Below are positions 40,914-50,526 of a stretch of 61,895 nt of DNA, piece after piece. How positions within the stretch are numbered: position 1 is the first letter of the stretch; every line of letters begins with the position of its first letter. Source of the stretch: Candidatus Heimdallarchaeota archaeon (lineage in GTDB: Archaea; Asgardarchaeota; Heimdallarchaeia; Heimdallarchaeales; Heimdallarchaeaceae); contig DAOVET010000006.1 in the NCBI GenBank assembly GCA_030668825.1, forward strand, positions 1 to 61,895, read 5' to 3'. Below the pieces are notes generated by a model, which ran no database searches, was not told where the DNA came from, and worked only from the letters and a program-made list of their open reading frames with translations. The position numbers and the translations under genes were made by a program.

Positions 40914-43568
40914 TTATTTCTCTTTCAAAGTTTTTTTACTTTTCTTAATTAAATCATTTAGGATAGTGAAAGCTTCTACTGGTGTTTTATCTTCTAAATT
41001 CAATCTAGAAACATTCTCAATAATTTCTTCATATGCTGAATATGTAGCAGAAACTTGTGATTTTGAAGATTTAGTTTTAACAGTTTCAGTCTTCTTAGTG
41101 ATACTTTTTTCTAACTCTTGTTCATGCAATAATGATAAGCGATTATCCGCATTTGTGATAACGTCTTTTGGTAATCCTGCCAGTGAAGCAACGTGAATTC
41201 CAAAACTCTCACTTATTCCTCCTTCTTTCACTTTGTAGAGGAAGTGAATATCCCCATTAATATTCTTAATGGAAACATGATAATTTTTTATTCTAGGCTT
41301 TTTTTCTTCCAGTTCTATTAACTCATGATAGTGTGTTGCAAAAAGTGTTCGTGGTCCAGTCTTTCCAATATGGTCATGAAGGTATTCTGTTATTGACCAA
41401 GCTATAGCAACTCCATCATATGTTGATGTTCCTCTACCAACTTCATCTAGAATTACTAAGCTATTTTCTGTAGCATTATTGAGGATATTAGCACATTCAT
41501 ACATTTCTACCATGAATGTTGAACGATTTTCCACTAACACATCATGAGCTCCTATTCTTGTAAAAATTCTATCAGTAAGACCGATTCTTGCAAAACTTGC
41601 TGGTACAAAACTACCAATTTGAGCCATTAAAACTATTAAAGCAACTTGTCTCAGTAATGTACTTTTTCCTCCCATATTTGGACCTGTGACAATTAATATT
41701 CTCTCTGAATCATTTTTTAGTAATGTATCATTTGGAATAAAGGATGTTTGTTCTAATAGCCTTTCAACAACTGGATGTCTCCCGTCCTTTATTTCGATAA
41801 TGCTTTCTTTCGTAATTTCTGGTTTTGAGTAATCATAATATGCTGCATTTTGTGCAAAGGTCCCTATAACATCAATAACGGAACAATAATTAGCGTTTTT
41901 TTGGATTGGGGTAGCATATTGAGCTATTTTTTCTAATAATTGGTCGAATAATTCTTCTTCTAAAACCAGCATTTTTTCTTCAGCATTTAGAATCTTTTCT
42001 TCATATTCCTTTAGTTCTGGAGTAATATATCTCTCAGCATTCACAAGTGTTTGTTTTCTTTCATATTCTTGAGGAACATTAACTGCTGAGGCTTTTGGAA
42101 CTTCAATATAATAGCCAAATACTTTATTATAACGAATCTTTAAGGTCTTTATTCCAGTTCGAACTTTCTCTCTTGCTTCTAAAGAAGTAAGAAATGATTT
42201 TCCACCTCTTTGTATTTTTCTAAGCTCATCCAGCTCTTCATTATATCCTTCTCTAATAACATTACCATCTTTAATACTCGCAGGAACTTCATCTTCAATT
42301 CCTGTAGCAATTATATTAACCACCTCTGGTAAAGGATCAATATTCCTTTGGATATCTTTTATGAGAGATGCTTTGAATTTTGAAAGAACTGATTTAATAT
42401 CCGGTATCAATTCTAATGAACTTTTTAAAGCGGTTAAATCTCGTGGTTTACTTCTTCCAAGACAGATTCTACCTATTAGGCGTTCAATATCATTCATTCT
42501 TCCAAGTATGTTTCTCAATTCTTCTCTGGATACTGAATCAGAGAAGAATACTTCAGTTGCATCAATTCTCCCTTGAATTATTGAAAGATTGAGGCTAGGA
42601 CGCAGTATCCATGTTGTGAGTAATCTTGCTCCCCCTGGCGTTTTACTATTGTCAAGAACTTGTCTCAGTGTTCCATATTCTGTTCTGTCACGTAAATTTT
42701 CTATTAGTTCAAGATTTCTAATAGTACTGAAATCAAGTAACATATGATCTTGACTCTTGATTTGACTGATTTTGGTGATATTTGGAAAGTTCTCTCTCAT
42801 TTGAGTTTCTTTAAGGTATTTGAGTGTAGCTCCTGCTGCTCCTATTGAAGGAACGATTTCATTTACTCCATATCCATCCAAGCTTAGGACATCGAATAAT
42901 CTGCGAAGATTCTGAAGTCCTTGTTCAATGTCAAAAAAGTAATCATCTCTATATGTGATAGTACACTTTTGCTGGTCAAAATAGATTTTCAGTTTTGTCC
43001 AGAATTCTTGAGTTACTATGATTTCTGACGGATTAAGACGTGTTAATTCAACTTCTAGTAAATTCTTTGCTTTTTCACCATCAAAATCTGTAACTATAAA
43101 CTCACCCGTGGATAAATCTAGAGCTGAAAGGCCTATCAAATTTCCTTCTTTATAAATTGCCGCTAAGTAATTATTGTGCCCCCTTGCTAGAGATTCTGGC
43201 AAAGTGATTGTTCCTCTGGAGACTAGCTGCACAACTCCTCTTTTTACAATTTTCTTAGTTGTTTGCGGATCCTCCAATTGTTCAACCATTGCAACTTTGT
43301 ACCCATTTTCTACCATTTTGGCAATATATGCATCCACCGCATGATATGGAACACCTGCTAAAGGGAATTTCTTTTCTCCTAGTGTGCGAGCTGTGAGAGT
43401 AATATTAAGAACTCGAGAAGTTATTTGTGCATCTTCATTAAATGTTTCATAGAAATCCCCCGCTCTGAAGAATATAATATACTCAGAATATCGTTTCTTA
43501 ATATCCTGCCATTGTTGCATCATTGGGGTTAGTTTAGGTATAAGTTTTCTATCATCAAAACGCTTCAT
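40914..43568 (-). CDS. mutS: DNA mismatch repair protein MutS (MutS1)
   Basis: TPMMQQW, GDFYE, GPNMGGKST, STFMVEM, DEVGRGTST, FATHYHEL. Confidence 0.97.
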   Translation of the reverse strand: MKRFDDRKLIPKLTPMMQQWQDIKKRYSEYIIFFRAGDFYETFNEDAQITSRVLNITLTARTLGEKKFPLAGVPYHAVDAYIAKMVENGYKVAMVEQLEDPQTTKKIVKRGVVQLVSRGTITLPESLARGHNNYLAAIYKEGNLIGLSALDLSTGEFIVTDFDGEKAKNLLEVELTRLNPSEIIVTQEFWTKLKIYFDQQKCTITYRDDYFFDIEQGLQNLRRLFDVLSLDGYGVNEIVPSIGAAGATLKYLKETQMRENFPNITKISQIKSQDHMLLDFSTIRNLELIENLRDRTEYGTLRQVLDNSKTPGGARLLTTWILRPSLNLSIIQGRIDATEVFFSDSVSREELRNILGRMNDIERLIGRICLGRSKPRDLTALKSSLELIPDIKSVLSKFKASLIKDIQRNIDPLPEVVNIIATGIEDEVPASIKDGNVIREGYNEELDELRKIQRGGKSFLTSLEAREKVRTGIKTLKIRYNKVFGYYIEVPKASAVNVPQEYERKQTLVNAERYITPELKEYEEKILNAEEKMLVLEEELFDQLLEKIAQYATPIQKNANYCSVIDVIGTFAQNAAYYDYSKPEITKESIIEIKDGRHPVVERLLEQTSFIPNDTLLKNDSERILIVTGPNMGGKSTLLRQVALIVLMAQIGSFVPASFARIGLTDRIFTRIGAHDVLVENRSTFMVEMYECANILNNATENSLVILDEVGRGTSTYDGVAIAWSITEYLHDHIGKTGPRTLFATHYHELIELEEKKPRIKNYHVSIKNINGDIHFLYKVKEGGISESFGIHVASLAGLPKDVITNADNRLSLLHEQELEKSITKKTETVKTKSSKSQVSATYSAYEEIIENVSRLNLEDKTPVEAFTILNDLIKKSKKTLKEK

Positions 43569-43586
43569 TATTTCTACTCTCTTTAG

Positions 43587-44411
43587 CTATCTTCTCTTAA
43601 ATTCTTCTTTCTTTTGAATGTAAAAATCATATACATCTTTTGGTTGTTTCTTAGGATCTGCTGCACCCCAAGAGTATATATCTTCTGGGTTATCTTCGCT
43701 TGAGTAGAACCATCCTCCTTCCTCAATAATTTTCTTTAATTGATTTATTATGGCAACTCCAGCACTAGCACCTAATCTGTCTGCACTCGCATTAACCAGT
43801 CGTACAGCGGTCCTTGCAGTTTTTATTCCCCCTGCTGCTTTTACGCTTAGATCTTTGCCAACAGCTTGTCGCATAAGAGCAATGTGATCGATAAAAGCTC
43901 CCATTGGTCCAAAACCTGTTGATGTTTTTACGTAATGAGCACCTGAACTCTTCGAAATCTGACTGGCTTTAACAATCTGTTCATCAGTTAGAAACCCTGT
44001 TTCTAATATCACTTTTACAATTACCCCATCTGCAGCTTGAACTACTCTGCTGATATCACTACCTACCGCAAAATAATTACTTTCTCTAAAACTACCTATG
44101 TCCATAACCATATCGATTTCATTTGCTCCATAACTAATCGCTTCCAAAGTTTCAGTTTCTTTTGTTTTTGATGTAGAAGCTCCCAATGGAAAACCAACAA
44201 CTGCTGCAATATTAACTTCAGATTTTTTTAGAATTTCTCTACAAAAGGATATATGTTCAGAATTAACACAAACAGCCGCAAAATTGTACTTTAGTGCTTC
44301 TTCACACAATTTGCTAATGTCCTTCTTTGTAGCAAATGCTTTAAGGTTTGTATGATCAATCATACGTGCAAGTTTTTCAGGAGATATTTTTAGGGAATAC
44401 ACAATATACAA
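43587..44411 (-). CDS. deoC: Deoxyribose-phosphate aldolase with C-terminal extension
   Basis: IDHTNLK, VVGFPLG, KVILET, VKTSTGF, VKAAGGI. Confidence 0.93.
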   Translation of the reverse strand: MYIVYSLKISPEKLARMIDHTNLKAFATKKDISKLCEEALKYNFAAVCVNSEHISFCREILKKSEVNIAAVVGFPLGASTSKTKETETLEAISYGANEIDMVMDIGSFRESNYFAVGSDISRVVQAADGVIVKVILETGFLTDEQIVKASQISKSSGAHYVKTSTGFGPMGAFIDHIALMRQAVGKDLSVKAAGGIKTARTAVRLVNASADRLGASAGVAIINQLKKIIEEGGWFYSSEDNPEDIYSWGAADPKKQPKDVYDFYIQKKEEFKRR

Positions 44412-44632
44412 ATATATTGAAAATACAAAAATATTCCGAATGTTTTGTTTTTATATGTGTTAGTTGGCGTTTTTACCTCAAATTTTTATTCTGAAACTCT
44501 CTAATCAAAGTTTTATCCTATTTTCAAAAGTACTGGAATTTAAATTTGAAAAGAGAAAATGTATAAAAGGCCAAAATATTTAAAATCATTCCTCCTCATT
44601 GGCACAAAGATTAGAAACACGAGGTTTCATTT

Positions 44633-46726
44633 ATGAAAAAAACCAATAGTACGATGTTTACTTTGACTATACTAGTTGTAATTTCCATGTCATTAATAAC
44701 AATGTCTGGTTTAGTTCAAGGTTACTCTAACGATATCATGGTAACTGAACCAAACAATTTAAGCAATCCCATCCCCCCAATTAGTGAAGAAGCTTATTCC
44801 CTTTCATCTAATTATACCTATGGGTTTAACGCAACTGCTGTTGTTAATAGAACAGTAGAAATGCAGACTTTTGGCACTCTGGGTTTAATAGATTCTATTG
44901 AAGTGAATATCATTGGGAACGAAAGTGTGATGACATATTTCAATTACACTCTGCCTAACATTCATGTTGATAATATTACATTTGTAAGTTTCCGTGTTTC
45001 GAATGCATCATATGAAGGTATAGGAAACTCCACCGCTACGAGAGCTTATACTTTTCAGAAACATATTAATTATACAACCTTCACGGTTCCATTTAACCTA
45101 AACCGAACAAGTATTGGTCAAGGAGCTCAATATTTCATCAATGTCTATATTGAATTTGCATATCCTTATACATATACAATAGTTAATACTGAACAAGTAC
45201 TCAAGTATGAGGAATTAATTTATCCTTTGATCAATAATATTCCAATAGTTGATGGATTGGTCTGGATAGAAAAACAAGGAGGAGATATTTTCTTAGACGA
45301 TGCGGAACATACAATAACTCCTAACAATTCTACAGAAGGCATAATATTAATCACTGATGCCCAAACTGGTCTTTTAAAGTGGTCTAACATAACTAGAGAA
45401 CCATTTAATTATACTCAATCATATGAAGATGATTTGATGTTGAACGTCTATTTATCATCAGTTAGTGCTTCCGGTGATGTAGAAAATCCTGCTAACACAA
45501 TTCTGTTTAAATCATCTAATGTGTATAGGAAAATTGAAATTGATCCATTTGGTTTGGTTAAGATAACAGAATCTCAAACATTAGTTTTTCTTGGTCCTAA
45601 GAAACCAGATGATTATAATGAAATAGATCTAAAACCATATGCTCTGAACGCCTTCCCTATAATTATACCAGTAAATGCAACCGTCATAGATCTATATGAT
45701 GAAGTAGGTTCACTAAATCAAGTTTATCAAGTTGAGAATCAAATCTTTACTCCAGGGGCATATAATCAACGTCCTAGCGTTTTTCCGGGTCATGATGCCT
45801 TGGTGATATTTCCAAGAACCCCATTATTCAATGGGGATCAAATAACCTTTACTATAGTTTATAGAGTGCCTTTGAATACCTTCTTAACAAAAGAAACAGG
45901 CTCAATTAACTATAAATTTGAGTTTGAGCCATGTTCTATCGTGAATTGGACCATTGATGAACTCAAAGTAGACGTTATTCTGCCTAAGGGAGCTGTATAC
46001 CAAGAAATTCAATACAACAATCCTGATCCCTATCAAGATATGTATGTAAGTTACGATAAAAAATTCGAATTCTCTACACTTGGATTCAGGCGTATTATGA
46101 GCTTTAAGTTCACTACTTTTTCAGGAAATGACAATGCTCCTGTAATAATCATTTACCGCTATTCGAGATTAAACATATTGATTACTTATTTCTTGCAAGT
46201 AATTGTTGTAGGTGTAGTCTTTGCAATTTATCTTGGCATTAGGTGGTCAACAAAGAAAGCTAAAGATTTAGTGGTAGATGAATCGGATAAAGAATTTATT
46301 CCGATAGATGAAATAGAGGAATTTGTTAAACAATATGAAGAAATTCTATCTATTCGTGAGAGATTACGTGAAACTAGATCAAAAATAGCTGCAAAGAAGT
46401 TGAAAGCTAAAGCAGGTAAAGATTTGATTGCCAAACTCGAGAAACGTCAAAGAATGGAGGAAGAAGAACTGAAAAAGACAAAGGAATCTCTGATATCTTT
46501 TGGTGGAAGATATAAGGAAAATGTCCAAAAGATCGAGATTGCTGAAAGAAAACTTTACGAAGAAAGAAGAAATCTTCGCATGCTTCAGCAAGAATACAGG
46601 GTCAAGAAGAACATGACCAGAGAGTCATATATGAAGCTCTTCCGAGAAAGGCAGCAAACTATTGAGAAACTAAAGAACGAAATTAATAGTCACTTAATCA
46701 GCCTAAGAATGCTTTTAGAACCTTAA
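44633..46726 (+). CDS. Ribophorin I / OST1-like oligosaccharyltransferase accessory subunit
   Basis: Signal peptide; RKIEIDPFGLVKITE, DEVGSL, PRTPLFNG, LKVDVILPKGA resemble RPN1 motifs; single TM then cytosolic coiled coil. Confidence 0.8.
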   Translation: MKKTNSTMFTLTILVVISMSLITMSGLVQGYSNDIMVTEPNNLSNPIPPISEEAYSLSSNYTYGFNATAVVNRTVEMQTFGTLGLIDSIEVNIIGNESVMTYFNYTLPNIHVDNITFVSFRVSNASYEGIGNSTATRAYTFQKHINYTTFTVPFNLNRTSIGQGAQYFINVYIEFAYPYTYTIVNTEQVLKYEELIYPLINNIPIVDGLVWIEKQGGDIFLDDAEHTITPNNSTEGIILITDAQTGLLKWSNITREPFNYTQSYEDDLMLNVYLSSVSASGDVENPANTILFKSSNVYRKIEIDPFGLVKITESQTLVFLGPKKPDDYNEIDLKPYALNAFPIIIPVNATVIDLYDEVGSLNQVYQVENQIFTPGAYNQRPSVFPGHDALVIFPRTPLFNGDQITFTIVYRVPLNTFLTKETGSINYKFEFEPCSIVNWTIDELKVDVILPKGAVYQEIQYNNPDPYQDMYVSYDKKFEFSTLGFRRIMSFKFTTFSGNDNAPVIIIYRYSRLNILITYFLQVIVVGVVFAIYLGIRWSTKKAKDLVVDESDKEFIPIDEIEEFVKQYEEILSIRERLRETRSKIAAKKLKAKAGKDLIAKLEKRQRMEEEELKKTKESLISFGGRYKENVQKIEIAERKLYEERRNLRMLQQEYRVKKNMTRESYMKLFRERQQTIEKLKNEINSHLISLRMLLEP

Positions 46727-46816
46727 TTCTTTATTCCCTTTTTCTTCTATTTTTATTTATCTTATTTCTGAAAAAACTTATAAGAAGCTTCGCAATTCTT
46801 ATTTTACTAAACTTAA

Positions 46817-47230
46817 GTGGGAATCATGCATCTTGAAAGTATAACTGAGAGCGCGGAAACAATAGGAAAAGAAGTTCCGGGTCTCTCCGACGTTGCCAAG
46901 GACCTTGCTCAGGTTTTGAAGAAAGGTCGGATTATGCTCAACAAATTATTTGATCAATGTAATCGTGAAGGGTTAAATATAGATTTGAGTCCTGAAGAGC
47001 AGAATGAGATTTCTTTGAAAGTAGCATTAGTGACTAATCCTGATCAAGTTTTTCAATATGCACGAGTTGTACAGCTTGTTTTTCAGCTCAACTATTTTTC
47101 AAAATGCTATGAAAAAGCATTAGGATATGAAAAACTTCCTAATATTATAGAGAAAGAAGCTAAAACACTTCATGGGAGAATAGAAGAGTTCCGCAGACTA
47201 ATAGAAAAGGAATACGTAGCAAGCATTTAG
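46817..47230 (+). CDS. Hypothetical helical protein
   Basis: 137-aa ORF, no recognised motif. Confidence 0.6.
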   Translation: MGIMHLESITESAETIGKEVPGLSDVAKDLAQVLKKGRIMLNKLFDQCNREGLNIDLSPEEQNEISLKVALVTNPDQVFQYARVVQLVFQLNYFSKCYEKALGYEKLPNIIEKEAKTLHGRIEEFRRLIEKEYVASI

Positions 47231-47303
47231 TAGAGTTCATGTTTTTCACTAATCATAAGAAAAATTTATTGAATTCAAGTTTTACTGGTAGGTTGACTTC
47301 AAA

Positions 47304-48059
47304 ATGTTTAGTAAAGATGAATTAGAGAAATACAATCGTCAAATTATAATTTCAAACATCGGTATTGAGGGTCAAAAAGCACTACGATCAAGTAAAGTTT
47401 TGGTAATAGGTTTAGGAGGGTTAGGTTCTAGCGTTGCATATTACTTAGCTTCAGCTGGGGTTGGAAATTTGGGATTACTAGATCAAGATAAAGTTGAATT
47501 GTCTAATTTAAATCGTCAAATTTTACATTATGAAACTGATCTGGGTAAAACTAAAACAGATTCAGCTTTCACTAAACTTTCTCAACTCAATTCAGATATA
47601 GAAGTAATATTACATAATACTCATCTTAATGAAAACAATGCTGAAAAAATAATCTCTGGTTATGATTTTGTAGTAGAAGCGAGTGATAATTTTGAAACAA
47701 AATTTCTTGTAAACGATATGTGTATCAAGTTGGAGGTACCTTTTGTGATAGGTGGTGTATTCCAGTTTGAAGGACAAATGATAACCGTTTTACCTAAAGA
47801 AACAGCTTGTTACAGATGTGTGTTCAAAGAAATACCCACCCCTGGTACTTATCCTACTACTGGAGAAGAGGGAGTTATGGGGACAACAGCAGGATTTTTT
47901 GGTTTAATAGAAGCCAATGAAGCGATAAAATATCTGGTTTTCAAAGATGAGGATAAACTACTTGCTAACAAAATACTACACGCTGATTTACAATACAACA
48001 GCTTCGAAACCTTTGAAGTTGAGAGAGATGTAAATTGCATTTGTAGAAGAAATAACTAA
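47304..48059 (+). CDS. MoeB/ThiF/HesA (E1-like) adenylyltransferase
   Basis: KYNRQI, GLGGLG, ELSNLNRQ, DNFETK, CYRC. Confidence 0.92.
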   Translation: MFSKDELEKYNRQIIISNIGIEGQKALRSSKVLVIGLGGLGSSVAYYLASAGVGNLGLLDQDKVELSNLNRQILHYETDLGKTKTDSAFTKLSQLNSDIEVILHNTHLNENNAEKIISGYDFVVEASDNFETKFLVNDMCIKLEVPFVIGGVFQFEGQMITVLPKETACYRCVFKEIPTPGTYPTTGEEGVMGTTAGFFGLIEANEAIKYLVFKDEDKLLANKILHADLQYNSFETFEVERDVNCICRRNN

Positions 48060-48105
48060 ATAATACAAGGTAAAGTTTTTTATCTTAAGATTAGAATTTC
48101 ACATT

Positions 48106-48675
48106 ATGAATAACAATATTAGTTATTTCGTTCATCCTACAGCTTTTATCGAGGATGATGTTACAATTGGAGATGGAACAAAAATCTGGCATCAAGTACA
48201 AGTGAGAAAAGGTGCAACTATTGGAAAAAATTGTATCTTTGGAAAATCTGTTTTTGTTGATTTTGAGGTTATAATTGGAAATAATGTGAAGATACAAAAT
48301 TTCGTTTCAGTATACCATGGTGTAACTCTTGAGGACGATGTATTTGTTGGTCCTCATGTTTGTTTTACAAATGATTACCTACCTCGAGCTGCTAATCCTG
48401 AATGGGAGTTAGTACCAACCCTAGTCAAAAAAGGTGCTTCGATAGGCGCTAATGCTACTGTGGTCTGTGGAATCACTGTTGGAGAATATGCAATGATAGG
48501 TGCAGGAAGTCTTGTTTCAAAAGATGTACCAGCACATGCTTTAGTTTTTGGTAATCCTGCAAGATTGAAAGGATATGTTTGTTATTGTGGTCATGTTATA
48601 ACCAAAACAGATAGTACTTTAGATTCTGGTACTATACTTACATGTGAGAAATGTGACAAAGCGAATATGATATAG
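48106..48675 (+). CDS. Hexapeptide-repeat sugar N-acetyltransferase (WbpD/WlbB-like)
   Basis: VHPTA, KIWH, KIQN, FTND, GNPAR, C-terminal CYCG..CEKC. Confidence 0.88.
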   Translation: MNNNISYFVHPTAFIEDDVTIGDGTKIWHQVQVRKGATIGKNCIFGKSVFVDFEVIIGNNVKIQNFVSVYHGVTLEDDVFVGPHVCFTNDYLPRAANPEWELVPTLVKKGASIGANATVVCGITVGEYAMIGAGSLVSKDVPAHALVFGNPARLKGYVCYCGHVITKTDSTLDSGTILTCEKCDKANMI

Positions 48676-48880
48676 TAGATTTAAAGAACCTTACATATTA
48701 TCGAAGAAGCAGAACTTTTTTGTTTCTTTTCTGAATTTCCTCTACATCCGACACAAACCTTAAATAACATGTTTTATTGATAACAAACCACTGAATCATC
48801 AGGAATGAAGAGTGTTACAAATCTATAAATGCACAATCATACATCAATATGATAATTAAAATTTGTTTAGGGGTTAACAA

Positions 48881-49090
48881 ATGAATTTAATTTCAATAAG
48901 ATTGCCAAGTGAGTTTGTTGAAATTCTGGATGAAATGGTCCTACAGGGTAGATATGCATCAAGATCTGAAGCAATAAGGCTTGCACTTAGAGATTTTTAT
49001 AGGGAACACTATGCATCAAAACAATCAACTGATTTTCGTTTCCCAAATATTGACAACAAATATAATAATATAATTTTTGAAGATGATTAG
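48881..49090 (+). CDS. Ribbon-helix-helix (CopG/NikR-like) regulator
   Basis: ISIRLP..LDEMV..GRYASRSEAIRLALRD. Confidence 0.85.
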   Translation: MNLISIRLPSEFVEILDEMVLQGRYASRSEAIRLALRDFYREHYASKQSTDFRFPNIDNKYNNIIFEDD

Positions 49091-49269
49091 GTTCTTCAAT
49101 CTCATCTATTTCCAGCTATAAGGGGCATTTGAAGAAACGTTAGGTTTAACAAAGTGAGAGTTTTTAGGAGTATACAATTAGATTAAATGTGTCTTGGAGA
49201 TAATCAGATGTTAAAGTGTTATCTTTAAAATCAAATCTCTATACTGAAAACCCAATATTGGTGAGCAAG

Positions 49270-50526
49270 ATGACAGACATGGAACAAGATGATTCTAGTG
49301 AAACAAGCTCCTTTGATGAGCCCAAGAAGAATCGTTTTGTAAAGACTCGAAATTTCTTTTCAACAATTAATGAAAAAATAACCCCTGCTTTACCTTACCT
49401 GAAGAATAGATATCTGAGGTATTCTGTTTCGTTTGTTCTTCTAGGACTTGTTGTTTATCTCTATATTCTCTATGAAAAATATCGTGATGATGAAACAGCA
49501 CCCTTCCTATTTTTCTCAATATCACCAGATGCGCTTGTTCCTATGGGGTTGGTTTTCGCACTTTTAATGGTTTTTTATGTCTCATGGGATGATGCTTTTT
49601 TCAAGAAATATCGAACCCCAGGATTGTATATGGTTGTATTAACAACTGTTTTTTATGCACTAATCTTTTCAGGTCTCAGTGAGTATCTATTCAAACTAGA
49701 GATAGCTAGATGGTTAACAAGGTTAACAGGAACAATTGTTTCATCTGTACTGATCGTTTTTGGAGTGAATATACGTAGTGTTACATGGTTAACAACGAGT
49801 TATATGACAAGAATTGATTTTGGGATTATTCCTAGTGGGGAAGGAATTATGGGGATAACGGCAAGATTTTTTGGTTTAGTAGAACATATGACTAAAATTG
49901 ATTTTATAACTGCTCCTAGTGGAGAAGCAGCAATACTTATTGATGCTGCGTGCAGTGGTATACATTCACTTACTATTTTTACAGTTATTTTCTTAATAAT
50001 GCTTTTTGAAGCAAGAAGAAGAATGTTTTGGGGTTGTGAAAGAGGAGTCATAACAATAATTAAAGCTCTTAAAACTTATTTTGCAAGTATACCTCAAGCA
50101 ATTCAAGAAGAAGGAAAAAAGGTATTTATTAAAGATTTTAGCCTTCGATTAACAAAGGTGCTTTGGGTTTTTTTTAGAGTGGGACTTATAACTCTAATTG
50201 GAATTCTTGGAACCTATATAGTTAATCTTATACGGATTATTATAATAATTACATTATTCTACTTTTATGGTGGATCTGTAGGTTATCCAGTTCACAACTA
50301 TCTAGGATATGCCATGCTTATCCTGTGGCTGCCTATTTTCTGGTTATTTATTCTTCCTATTGGCGAAAGAAAAGAATTAAAGAAAAAAAGGAAATTAAGA
50401 AGGAAAGAAAAGCGAATGAGTAGAAAGAAGAAGAAGTTAAACCAAAAAAGTAAAATAAAAACAGAAGAAGAGGAAATAATTGCTTCTTCTAGTAAAGAAA
50501 TCGATGAGTCAAGTCTAAATTCGTAG
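49270..50526 (+). CDS. Archaeosortase/exosortase-family protein-sorting transpeptidase
   Basis: Polytopic; putative Cys-Arg-His triad in IDAACSG, NLIRI, VHNYLG; Lys-rich tail. Confidence 0.85.
   Translation: MTDMEQDDSSETSSFDEPKKNRFVKTRNFFSTINEKITPALPYLKNRYLRYSVSFVLLGLVVYLYILYEKYRDDETAPFLFFSISPDALVPMGLVFALLMVFYVSWDDAFFKKYRTPGLYMVVLTTVFYALIFSGLSEYLFKLEIARWLTRLTGTIVSSVLIVFGVNIRSVTWLTTSYMTRIDFGIIPSGEGIMGITARFFGLVEHMTKIDFITAPSGEAAILIDAACSGIHSLTIFTVIFLIMLFEARRRMFWGCERGVITIIKALKTYFASIPQAIQEEGKKVFIKDFSLRLTKVLWVFFRVGLITLIGILGTYIVNLIRIIIIITLFYFYGGSVGYPVHNYLGYAMLILWLPIFWLFILPIGERKELKKKRKLRRKEKRMSRKKKKLNQKSKIKTEEEEIIASSSKEIDESSLNS
49801..49929 (+). repeat. Diverged internal duplication, 84-nt period
   Basis: YMTRIDFGIIPSGEG (49801) and HMTKIDFITAPSGEA (49885). 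Confidence 0.75.
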
